DNA of 64,000 bases from an uncultured virus (IMG/VR IMGVR_UViG_3300044796_000596) (taxonomy: Duplodnaviria > Heunggongvirae > Uroviricota > Caudoviricetes). The stretch is taken from the IMG/VR virus record IMGVR_UViG_3300044796_000596. One strand, given 5' to 3'. The translations under genes were made by a program, and so were the position numbers. Positions 55,931 through 64,000 of the stretch are shown here, piece by piece. Numbering within the stretch: the stretch's first letter is position 1; each line of letters starts with the position of its first letter. The notes beneath the pieces were generated by a model. It was not told the origin of the DNA. It was given only the letters and a program-made list of their open reading frames with translations, and searched no databases.

Positions 55931-56446
55931 GTGACCGCCGAGCGCCCTCTCCGCGAGGTCATCGAAGCCCTCCGCCGCGAGACCGAGAGCAGCAGCACCA
56001 CGCCGTTGACGGGGCCGTGCCCCGAGTGCGGGCGGTCGTGGGCGCGCGTCGACGAGGAGGAGGTTCTCCGGCTTGAGGTCACGGTGCGCGACGGCGGGAA
56101 TATTCTCGCCGTGGAACAGTCCGAGATCGCTTCGGAAAGTTGCGAAAGTGCGCCTTCGAGACCACGAAAAGGCGCACGAATTATTCCAAAACGATTCCGC
56201 GCCGGCGACAAGATCCGCGCAGCGGAGGTGGCGGGTGAAGAGAACGAACAGATTCAGGGTGGCGGATCGTCTGTCGTCCCCGTGGCTTCCGAGGTCCCGA
56301 CCGTCGAGTACGCCCGGTGGGAGTGGATGGCGGAGTACCTCGATCGGCCGCTGATCGCGACGGGACACGGCAATGCGACCCTTCTCGTACGGGGCGACGA
56401 TGGTTACTACAGCGAGCTCTTCCTGATTTTCGGGGACCGCGCGTGA
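55931..56446 (+). CDS. Hypothetical protein, possibly mosaic
   Basis: Coupled to the next gene; central part has atypical composition. Confidence 0.35.
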   Translation: MTAERPLREVIEALRRETESSSTTPLTGPCPECGRSWARVDEEEVLRLEVTVRDGGNILAVEQSEIASESCESAPSRPRKGARIIPKRFRAGDKIRAAEVAGEENEQIQGGGSSVVPVASEVPTVEYARWEWMAEYLDRPLIATGHGNATLLVRGDDGYYSELFLIFGDRA

Positions 56447-57408
56447 ACCGCGTCTGGACTACCTGGGACTGGCGTGGGACGCCGGACGCGCGCCACACGC
56501 CCGAGCACGTCGTGCTGCTCGACGACGTGTTCGCCGAGACCGACGACGCGTCGGGGCACGCCTTCCTGGCGATGCGGTACGCCGCGCACAAGGGCGCCGT
56601 GGCCGTCTTTGCGGAGCCCCCGAGGACCCTTTCTCGCTTCTGCGAGACGCACCGGAGCCCGTGGCCCGATCGCAAGATCCCGGCGCTCCGCATCGAGCGG
56701 CATTGCGACATCTCGACCGGGCTCGCGCGCGTCCTCGGGTCCATCCCGGCGAAGCACCGTGCGCTCGTGATCTCGCCCCGCGAGCCGATCGATCTCTACC
56801 GGGTGGACTCGACGGGCCGGGACACGGATCGCAACTGGATCGAGTACACGGATGTCCTGAACGGCTTCCGCTACGAGGGCAGCGAGAGCGCCAGCGAGAG
56901 CGCCAGCGAGAGCGCCAGCGAGAGCGCCAAGGCGCACTTCCCGAGGGTCGACCTCGTGATCGTGCGCGGCCCTACGGGCCCCGACGCGTGGCCGATGCAC
57001 CCGGCGTGGGTGAAGCTCCTCCGCGACCAGTGCAAGAACGCAGGCGTGGCCTTCGCGTTTCTCGGCTGGGGGGACTTTCTCCCGGAGCAGGAGTATCCGC
57101 CTGAGATCAACGGCTTCTCGAAGCGCATCCGGGCCTGGATGGACAGCGACTGCAACGATCCGAAGCCCGAGCGCGAAGGCGTGGAGGGGATCTGGTGGGG
57201 GACGCCGGCGCCGGCAAGCTATCGGGAGGACCCGAGGAAGCGCGATGGCTGTCGGATCTCGGAGTGGGGGTCGCTCGCGCCGAACGGTGAGTACGCACAG
57301 GGCGCGTCGCCGTGGAAGCACGAGACCGGCGTGTGCCGCGTGGGCGCCGAGCTTGCGGGGCGGAAGCTCGATGGCGTGGAGCACCTCGCGCTCCCGGAGG
57401 GGCTCTGA
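56443..57408 (+). CDS. Divergent DUF5131 (phage Gp37/Gp68)-like protein
   Basis: VIVRGPTGPDAWPMHPAWVKLLRDQCKNAGVAFAFLGWG...RVGAELAGRKLDG. Confidence 0.65.
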   Translation: MNRVWTTWDWRGTPDARHTPEHVVLLDDVFAETDDASGHAFLAMRYAAHKGAVAVFAEPPRTLSRFCETHRSPWPDRKIPALRIERHCDISTGLARVLGSIPAKHRALVISPREPIDLYRVDSTGRDTDRNWIEYTDVLNGFRYEGSESASESASESASESAKAHFPRVDLVIVRGPTGPDAWPMHPAWVKLLRDQCKNAGVAFAFLGWGDFLPEQEYPPEINGFSKRIRAWMDSDCNDPKPEREGVEGIWWGTPAPASYREDPRKRDGCRISEWGSLAPNGEYAQGASPWKHETGVCRVGAELAGRKLDGVEHLALPEGL

Positions 57409-57680
57409 TGCCTGCCAAGGTGCGTAGCATCCACCTCACGGACCGCGGCGACACGGTCGAGATCGAGACGTCGCCGACGTCGAGTAGCTGCGGGCCGCGG
57501 CGCGGCGTCATGCTTGCGCACGTCGTGCTGAAGCACCACGGCGTACACTACGAGGACGGGCGGCTACGGATCGTGGTCCCCTGGGAACACGTCGCCGAAG
57601 TTGTCGGTGCGCTCGGCGTTGTCCTGCTTGCGCCCGATGGCCCAGATGGTCCTGATGGCGTGGAGGAGGCTCCGTCGTGA
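57408..57680 (+). CDS. Small hypothetical protein
   Basis: TGATG coupling, GGAGG RBS. Confidence 0.45.
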   Translation: MPAKVRSIHLTDRGDTVEIETSPTSSSCGPRRGVMLAHVVLKHHGVHYEDGRLRIVVPWEHVAEVVGALGVVLLAPDGPDGPDGVEEAPS

Positions 57681-57928
57681 GTGCGAAGCCCATCCGCGAA
57701 CCCGTGGCCGGCGCTCCCTTCCAACCGGGCGACCGCGTGATCGTGGTCGACGCGATCGACGAGGACGTGCACGACGTGAGCGCGCTCGTCGGCCGCTCGG
57801 GCGACGTGGACTATCTGGAGTATTCGTGCGGGTGCGGGCAGTCGTTCCCGGACGACCCGATGGTCGGCGTCGAGTTCGCGGACGGCGTGCACGAGGAGTT
57901 CTGGAGCCAGGAGATTCGGCGATGCTGA
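57677..57928 (+). CDS. CarS-like SH3-fold protein (putative antirepressor/DNA mimic)
   Basis: GAPFQPGDRVIVV...LVGRSGDV..L...QSFPDDPMVGVEF.DG..E.F...E resembles Myxococcus CarS as recalled. Confidence 0.6.
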   Translation: MSAKPIREPVAGAPFQPGDRVIVVDAIDEDVHDVSALVGRSGDVDYLEYSCGCGQSFPDDPMVGVEFADGVHEEFWSQEIRRC

Positions 57929-57986
57929 GCAGAGCCGCACCAAGAGCCGCACCAAGGCGCGCCATCCTCGCGCTTCCGGAGGATCG

Positions 57987-58394
57987 ATGCACCGGCTGAG
58001 CATCGTGCAGGCGCTCGACCTCTGGTCCGAGCTGGAAGACGCCAGGAACGGCAAGGCGGGATACGGCGGTGATGTGGCTGAGGTCTACGTGTACCGCTTC
58101 GCGCCGTGGTCGCCGTCCACCATCGCGTTCCTCAGCGGGCCTTCGTCTCCGGTGGGCTTCCTGAGCACGGAGGCGCGCGATGTGCTTCTTGACGCGAACG
58201 AGAGCTTCCGGAACCTCTGCCTCCACTACGCGAAGGAGCGCAACGCGATCGTCGAGATCCAGGGATTCAGGAGGACCGAGGAGAGCGACGGCTTCGTGCC
58301 GATCGACGAGGTTGTGAGGTTCCCCCACATGATGCAGGAAGGCCACCGCCACCACGTGCGCGTGCGCCCAAACCAGGAAAAGAGGCAACCATGA
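57987..58394 (+). CDS. Hypothetical protein
   Basis: GGAGG RBS; YGGDVAEVYVYR. Confidence 0.6.
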   Translation: MHRLSIVQALDLWSELEDARNGKAGYGGDVAEVYVYRFAPWSPSTIAFLSGPSSPVGFLSTEARDVLLDANESFRNLCLHYAKERNAIVEIQGFRRTEESDGFVPIDEVVRFPHMMQEGHRHHVRVRPNQEKRQP

Positions 58395-59296
58395 TCCACC
58401 GCACGTTCGTCGCCTGGAACGCCGAGAAGGAACCCGACGCGCCCCGCGAGTGGGATCCCGAGAAGCACGTCGTGCTCGTCCGGAGGACGGAAGCCTTTGG
58501 CAAGGCGTCCACCTCGACCGATCGCGTGGCCGACCGCGAGCTCGTCCGCTTCACGGAGAAGCGCGGCATCGTCGTCGCCGTCTACGACCTCAAGGATCTC
58601 CGCCAGCGCACGCGCGACGTCTTCCCGGATCGCGTGATCCCCGGCCTCTCCGTGGAACGGCAGGCCGACCTCACGGAGCAGGCGTTGCGCGTGCTCTGCT
58701 GCCTCCGGGCGTGTCACCGCGCCATCGTCGCGACGCCCCGCGAAGCGCTCGCCGTGGGGCTCCTCGGCACGCTGCCGCAGGCGTGGGGCATCGGGTGCAA
58801 GCAGCTCGAGGAGTTCGTCCAGATGGTCGTCGTGCGAGGTCCTCTCGGCCCGGGCGCGTGGCCGATGCACCCGCGCTGGGTCGAGAAGATTCGCGACGAA
58901 GCTCGGGAGGCCGGCGTCGCCTTCGCGTTCGTGGGCTGGGGGGAGTGGGGGCCCAGGACGCGCGAGGTCCGTCGGCTGGACGACGAGGGTCGATGGGGCG
59001 AAGCGAAGCGTCTCGGCGAGCACGGTCGCGACATGCTGGAGCCCGGGGCCGCCACGGACGACATGGGCGACGACTGCATCCTGCAGCGGATGGGATGGCG
59101 TCGCGCGGGGCGCTTGCTTGCGCGCGATTTCGCCACCATGTCCGAGGTCGGCGAGGAGCACGGCGCGGTGCCGGCGAGCCTCGATCCCGAGGCTCCCGAT
59201 CCGGACGACCCGGACGATCCGGACGACGAGACGATCGAAGCCCTTGCCGCCGACACGCTCGCCGACATCGAAGACGCATCAAAGGCCGCGTCGTGA
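58391..59296 (+). CDS. Second divergent DUF5131-like protein
   Basis: VVVRGPLGPGAWPMHPRWVEKIRDEAREAGVAFAFVGWGEW...RMGWRRAGRLL. Confidence 0.65.
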   Translation: MIHRTFVAWNAEKEPDAPREWDPEKHVVLVRRTEAFGKASTSTDRVADRELVRFTEKRGIVVAVYDLKDLRQRTRDVFPDRVIPGLSVERQADLTEQALRVLCCLRACHRAIVATPREALAVGLLGTLPQAWGIGCKQLEEFVQMVVVRGPLGPGAWPMHPRWVEKIRDEAREAGVAFAFVGWGEWGPRTREVRRLDDEGRWGEAKRLGEHGRDMLEPGAATDDMGDDCILQRMGWRRAGRLLARDFATMSEVGEEHGAVPASLDPEAPDPDDPDDPDDETIEALAADTLADIEDASKAAS

Positions 59297-60066
59297 GCCG
59301 CGGGAAGTTCATCGTCATCGATGGCCCGGACGGCGCCGGCAAGAGCACCCTGGCCGCTCGTCTCGTCCGTCGCATCACCGAGGAGCACCGCCCGGTCACG
59401 CTCACGGCCGAGCCGACGCACGGGCCGCTCGGGCGGATCATCCGGGACTACCTCCGCGGCGCCACGGATGTTGCGCACGATGCGATCCCGCTCCTCTTTT
59501 CGGCGGATCGCGCCGATCACTACCAGCGCGGCATCGCTCCGTTGCTCGCCAAGGCCCAGCACGTCGTCTGCGACCGCTACGTCTGGTCCAACGTCGCCTA
59601 CGGCGCCGCGCAGGTGGACGGACCGTTCTATCGCTGCCTCTGCTCCTGGTGGGGCGAGCCCTCCGGCGTGATCGTCGCACCGGATCCGGACAGCGACGGT
59701 ACGAATGGGCCGGAGTCCACCTACAACTGCCCGCGGTGCAGGACGTTCCTCAGCTTCTCGTCGCAGGTGCTCGACCGCATGGGGTGGATGCGTGGCCTCG
59801 ACAAGCACGCGGCGATCCCGGACCTCACGATCATCCTCTCGGTCCGGCCCGAGGTCGGACGCGAGAGGCTCAAGAGCCGCGGTGCGCCCGCGGAGCGATA
59901 CGAGAACGATCGGATGCAGGAACGCGTCTGCGCCGTGTACGACCGGGCCCGGGAGTATGCGCGGAGCGAGAGCCAGACGATGGTCGTGGTCGACGCGAAC
60001 GGCTCCGAAGACGAGACGTGGGAGCGCGTGTGGATCGCGGTCGTAGCCCGTCTTCTTTTGGGGTAG
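59293..60066 (+). CDS. tmk: Thymidylate kinase with Cys-containing insertion
   Basis: FIVIDGPDGAGKST, AEPT, LFSADR, VVCDRY, PDLTIIL, ERYE. Confidence 0.9.
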   Translation: MSRGKFIVIDGPDGAGKSTLAARLVRRITEEHRPVTLTAEPTHGPLGRIIRDYLRGATDVAHDAIPLLFSADRADHYQRGIAPLLAKAQHVVCDRYVWSNVAYGAAQVDGPFYRCLCSWWGEPSGVIVAPDPDSDGTNGPESTYNCPRCRTFLSFSSQVLDRMGWMRGLDKHAAIPDLTIILSVRPEVGRERLKSRGAPAERYENDRMQERVCAVYDRAREYARSESQTMVVVDANGSEDETWERVWIAVVARLLLG

Positions 60067-60110
60067 GAGGGATCCGGGGATCCGGGGATCCGGCATCGAG
60101 AAGGGACGCC

Positions 60111-61976
60111 ATGGGAATTCGGAAATACGTTCGGGAGCTCGTCGATCAGTTCGACGCCGCGAGGCGGCGGTTGGAGGTTGTGGAGTCGGCGCTCGATCGC
60201 GCCATGTACCTCGGTGAAAAGCTCCCGAGCGTCGACAGTCGGATCGACGCTCACGCGGAACGCTTCGAGCGGTGGGTGGAGGCCCGTCTGAGCGTCTTCG
60301 AGAAGAGGCTCGACGGCGAGGTCGGCCTGTTCGCGAGGCTCGCGGCCGTCGAGAAGGCGCTGACGACGGCGCAGATGCTTCCGGACGCATCGGCTGGCTC
60401 GGACGCTTCGAAGCGTGGTCCGTTCCGCGTCTGTTCGGTCGTCGAGCACGCGGAGATTCTCGCCGGCATCGAGAAGCTCGGCGGCAAGGGCATGCTTCAA
60501 CGTGTCCGGCTTCTCGGACGCGGTGCGAAGACGGCTGCGCCCAGGGACACCGCGACGATCGAGGCCGCGATCCTCGACGGCGTGACCCGAGAAGCCGAAG
60601 CCTTGCTCGCCGACGATGCCTCGACCATCGAGGCCGAGAACAGTTTTCTTCGTGCTGCGAGGGACCGCGCGCGCGCCCGACACGGCCTCGCCGCCGCGAG
60701 CGGCATCGCGAGGACGCCGCTCGTGAGGACACCGAACGGAGACGTGGTCACGGGACAAGCACAGCCATCGGGGGGCGACGCGATCCCCAGCCCTTCGTCC
60801 GAGGCGTCCGAGGCGTCCGAGGCGTCCGACGAGACGAGGGAAACTCGCGAAGCTCGGGAAGCTCAAGAAGCTCGCGAACGCGAGGCTCAAGAAGCCAAGG
60901 ACGCCGAGCACGACGCCTCACCTCACGTGGAGGCCGTGCACGCGATCCTTCGACGCGTCGAGCGCGCCTACGACGAGTCGTTTCGGAAGGGAGGCGAGGC
61001 GCCGACCCAGGAGGTCGTGAAGGACGCGATCCGGGACGGCTACGCGCGCTGGCGCGCCGTGCAGCGGAGCGCTCTCGGGAAGGCCAGGATCGTCGCACGG
61101 ACGGCGCAGCCGGTGGTCCTCGGCCAGTCCCGCGTGAACGAGCAGGGGGACGTCGTGCGGCTCTCCCACCTTGTCGTCGATCGGCCGCCCGGCTACGCGT
61201 TGATCCCCGTCGTCGGCGACGCGCCCGACCTCCCTCCCGAAGGCTACCTGTACGCAGAGACGGTCGAGGAGCGGTACCCGATCGTGCTCAAGGCCGACGT
61301 GGTGGACGCGTCCACCCTCCCGCCTGCGGATCGGCAGATCAGGACGAAGTCGGAGACGCCGGAGGAGGCTCCGCCGAAGCCCGTCGAGGCTGGCCAGTGC
61401 CGCGCGAACAAGTCTGGCGACGTCGTACGGGTCGAGAGGGTCGAGAGCGAGAGCATGCGTCAAGGCACCCGTGGCGCGGCGGTGACTCATCACCTCGTGG
61501 GTATCGTTGGCAGCGCGCCGCCGAATGACGCGAACGACGACTACGTGCTGCGGCATTACCCGATCGTGCTCCGAGAGCCCGTACTGCGGAAGTCGCTGCT
61601 CGATCCGAACCAGCGCCTCGGAGGTCTCGGTCTGCGCCCGCCGCCGTCCGAACCGTCGTCGGTCGAACCGTCGTCCGAGGTAGCGGAGGGCAAGGCCGAC
61701 GAACTGGCGACGGTGCAGGAGGGCGCGGTGGTGCGCGGCACGGCGTTTTCGGAGCTCGAACCCGAGATGGCGGCGGTGCTGGCGTGCATCGAGCGACACA
61801 ACCGAGAGAAGGACGAAGGACTCTCCCTTCGGGGCATCGCGCACGCGATGGGGAAGACGAACCACGGCTACTTCGCGCCCTTGGTGCGGATGCTTGAGTT
61901 CCGGCATTTGATCGTCTCGCGACGGGACGGGTGGTGGCTCGCTTCGCTCGCGCCAGGATGGCCGCGAGGATGCTGA
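60111..61976 (+). CDS. Large hypothetical protein (coiled coil; possible C-terminal winged helix)
   Basis: ATG with AAGGGA RBS; internal repeat GQxRxNxxGDVVR...YPIVL. Confidence 0.6.
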   Translation: MGIRKYVRELVDQFDAARRRLEVVESALDRAMYLGEKLPSVDSRIDAHAERFERWVEARLSVFEKRLDGEVGLFARLAAVEKALTTAQMLPDASAGSDASKRGPFRVCSVVEHAEILAGIEKLGGKGMLQRVRLLGRGAKTAAPRDTATIEAAILDGVTREAEALLADDASTIEAENSFLRAARDRARARHGLAAASGIARTPLVRTPNGDVVTGQAQPSGGDAIPSPSSEASEASEASDETRETREAREAQEAREREAQEAKDAEHDASPHVEAVHAILRRVERAYDESFRKGGEAPTQEVVKDAIRDGYARWRAVQRSALGKARIVARTAQPVVLGQSRVNEQGDVVRLSHLVVDRPPGYALIPVVGDAPDLPPEGYLYAETVEERYPIVLKADVVDASTLPPADRQIRTKSETPEEAPPKPVEAGQCRANKSGDVVRVERVESESMRQGTRGAAVTHHLVGIVGSAPPNDANDDYVLRHYPIVLREPVLRKSLLDPNQRLGGLGLRPPPSEPSSVEPSSEVAEGKADELATVQEGAVVRGTAFSELEPEMAAVLACIERHNREKDEGLSLRGIAHAMGKTNHGYFAPLVRMLEFRHLIVSRRDGWWLASLAPGWPRGC

Positions 61977-62007
61977 ACGGCGCGGAGCGGCGCAAAGGGA
62001 TCTGATC

Positions 62008-62460
62008 ATGGGCATGTACGACAGCGTGTTCTTCCGCGGCGCGGCCGCCGAGATGGTGAAGTGCGCCGCGGGGCACCCGCAGACGGGCGAGTTCCAGACG
62101 AAGGACCTCGAGTGCACCTGCGCGATCTACTACGTGCACGCGACGGACGGCGGGCAAGGGCTCGTGCTCTTCGAGGGCACGGCCCAGACGACGGAGTCGT
62201 TCGTCGACAAGTACGCGAGGCTTCAGGAGACCGTCCGTTCGACGTACGCGCCTCGTCTCGTCAACGCGAGCGTCGAGGTCTACACCTCGTGCGAGACATG
62301 CGACCCCGTGGTCTTCGAGCGCGAGGCGGCGCACTGGGGTGGCCGCGTGGTCCGCGCGCGGGTCCAGAAGAACGGCATCGTGACGGTGCTCCCGGACGAC
62401 GACCGCGTCGCGAAGCGTCACCTCGAGGTCGCGCGCAAGGCGCCTCGCTCGCCTCGCTAG
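62008..62460 (+). CDS. Phage-type hypothetical protein
   Basis: MGMYD...C..G....EFQTKDLEC motif. Confidence 0.6.
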   Translation: MGMYDSVFFRGAAAEMVKCAAGHPQTGEFQTKDLECTCAIYYVHATDGGQGLVLFEGTAQTTESFVDKYARLQETVRSTYAPRLVNASVEVYTSCETCDPVVFEREAAHWGGRVVRARVQKNGIVTVLPDDDRVAKRHLEVARKAPRSPR

Positions 62461-62948
62461 TCCCCGCGCACGAACCCTGGGATCTCCCGGACGCTCACGC
62501 TCGACGTGATCGAGACGCGGGCGCCATCCCTGCGCCAGCGGAACACGAAGGGGTTTCCGCGCAGCACCACGACGGCGGCCTTCGCCTGCTCGACGGTGGG
62601 GTAGTTCGTGATGCAGTCGTAGCGCAGCACATCGGTCGGGGGCGATGACCCGCCGAAATCCACGTCCGCTCTCGAGCGGGCGACGGGGATCGCCCTCCCG
62701 TTCGCGCCGAGGCGCCGGAGCTCGAAGCCCCCGACGTAGTCGATCGCGTCCGAGACGCCCGTGCGCGCGCCGGTGTCGAGCGCGATCGTCGACCGGAACG
62801 TGATCGTGGTCCCAGCGCGCTTTACGCCGCGGATCTCGGGACGCGTTCGGAGATTGTGTTCGGTCTCCGCGGCCGCGAGGAGGCGTTCCGAGGCGTCCCC
62901 AGGCATGGCGGCGGGCGTGAACCGGATCCTGTATTTCTGGCTCGGCAT
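62457..62948 (-). CDS. Hypothetical protein, leaderless
   Basis: CTG-TAGGAT-N6-ATG upstream. Confidence 0.55.
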   Translation of the reverse strand: MPSQKYRIRFTPAAMPGDASERLLAAAETEHNLRTRPEIRGVKRAGTTITFRSTIALDTGARTGVSDAIDYVGGFELRRLGANGRAIPVARSRADVDFGGSSPPTDVLRYDCITNYPTVEQAKAAVVVLRGNPFVFRWRRDGARVSITSSVSVREIPGFVRGD

Positions 62949-63037
62949 CCCGAGATCCTACAGGATTCCCGGGATCCTTGAGTCGTGTTTCGAGCCGCGA
63001 CCTACCGGATCGCTCCGGGTCGGTGTACGATCCCGGC

Positions 63038-63724
63038 GTGGCCGCACCGAACGTCCAGATCCTCCCCGTCCCCGATGTTGGCGTTGGCGCCGGACCATGG
63101 GCTTCGGGATGGATCCCGGCGACGGTGGCGAGCGTGGGCCGGCTGGGGCTCGCGGTCGCGACGAACCAGGCCGATCTCATCATCCTGCTCGGGAGCGCGA
63201 TCGGGACCGAGCCGATCGACGTCACGAACCCGCTCGAAATCCAGAACCAGCTCGGGACGTTCTACGGCGGCGCGGGCAGCCAAAACGCCGACGTCCAGAA
63301 CATCTCGGGGTGCGCCTACTACGCGTTCGTGCGGTTCGCGCCGCCCCAAGGCACGCAGGACCCGCAGGCCATTCCGCCGACCGTCGGCGCGACCTTCGAG
63401 ATCACGGAAGCCGGCGGTGGCGGTGGATCCGGTACGGATTGGAACGTCCGCGAGGTCACGGCGGGCACGTACACGGCGGTGGACGGAGACTTTTTCGTCT
63501 GCGACACGTCGGCCGGTAACGTCATCATCACGGGGCCCTCCACGAAGGGCGCGTCGTGGGGCGCGTCGAAGGTCAGCGCTCCCGACGTGAACGAGGTCGT
63601 GCTCTCGGTGGCGCTCGGGAACATCAACGGGCTCCCGGAGCAGACGATCGGCCTGCAGTGGGCGAGCTACACGATGCTCGGGTACGGCACCGGCGCGATC
63701 ATCAGCGACGAGAGCAGCCCTTGA
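63038..63724 (+). CDS. Putative virion spike/fibre-associated protein
   Basis: GTG-TACGAT-N6-GTG; beta-rich N-terminus, Gly linker, YTAVDGDFFVCDTSAGNVIIT...INGLPEQTI..QWASYTM domain like those of phage fibre proteins. Confidence 0.6.
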   Translation: MAAPNVQILPVPDVGVGAGPWASGWIPATVASVGRLGLAVATNQADLIILLGSAIGTEPIDVTNPLEIQNQLGTFYGGAGSQNADVQNISGCAYYAFVRFAPPQGTQDPQAIPPTVGATFEITEAGGGGGSGTDWNVREVTAGTYTAVDGDFFVCDTSAGNVIITGPSTKGASWGASKVSAPDVNEVVLSVALGNINGLPEQTIGLQWASYTMLGYGTGAIISDESSP

Positions 63725-63790
63725 GCAGCCCTTGAGCAGCCCTTGAGCGTCCGCTCCACACCGGAGAACGGAGAACCGGAGACTCGATCG

Positions 63791-64000
63791 ATGATTAAGC
63801 CTGCCCCGTCCACGTCTCGCGTTCCTCGCGTCCACTATTCGATCCTTGCCGCGCTCCTCCTGCTCGTGCAGGTGGTCGTCTACGGGTTCGCCTGCCGGCC
63901 CGGGACACCCGACACGGCGGGTGGCCTTGACGCGGGCGGGGTCGAAGCGAGCACGTCGAGCGAAGCGAGCGCGTCGAACACGGCGAGCACGTCGTCGCCT
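63791..64000 (+). CDS. Partial membrane/secreted protein (runs off window)
   Basis: MIKPAP...ILAALLLLVQVVVYGFAC..., open to the window end. Confidence 0.5.
   Translation, partial: MIKPAPSTSRVPRVHYSILAALLLLVQVVVYGFACRPGTPDTAGGLDAGGVEASTSSEASASNTASTSSP

Noticed and set aside
55697..56368. Protein kinase gene on the minus strand
   Set aside because: Only the catalytic-loop peptide is present; reported as a fragment instead.

Overview
GC-rich, densely coding window that reads as part of a large virus (phage/prophage) or similar mobile element. The host is most likely in Myxococcota (Polyangiaceae/Sorangium-like), inferred from a myxobacterial TPR/PEGA-type gene, a serpin and a CarS-like gene. 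No capsid, terminase, portal, polymerase or integrase gene is recognisable, so virus type is inference. Layout: (1) 1-5.6 kb, two paralogous fibre-like genes and small ORFs; (2) an intact tmRNA (5572-5949, tag ANDNAIADKLVVTPVPMRFAA) followed by two unexplained structured non-coding segments; (3) an IS607 element (TnpA+TnpB) whose GG ends can be placed because excision restores a 132-aa membrane-protein gene; (4) an N6-adenine MTase/TRD gene with a truncated HNH gene; (5) 11.8-30.5 kb, very large modular proteins whose modules are repeatedly separated by a [DE]-[AT]-G motif, with two Cys-His-Asp protease-fold domains, a serpin and an amidase endolysin. This is the best candidate for an undescribed system: polyproteins matured by a virus-encoded cysteine protease. 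(6) 30.5-39.7 kb, a leftward block (SF2 helicase, ASCH, VapBC, HAD, S24-like, MTase, MmcB-like); (7) 39.8-62.5 kb, a rightward block of phage-type accessory genes (RHH, DHH, PHAX-like, NDK, DUF1643, BtpA-like, Dam-like, two DUF5131-like, CarS-like, thymidylate kinase); (8) the start of another structural block. Short tandem repeats occur throughout, with 3n units inside genes and mostly 8-11 nt units between genes. Several structural genes share a leaderless TG-TA(C/G)GAT-N6-start promoter motif. All calls are from reading the sequence by eye; no searches were run.
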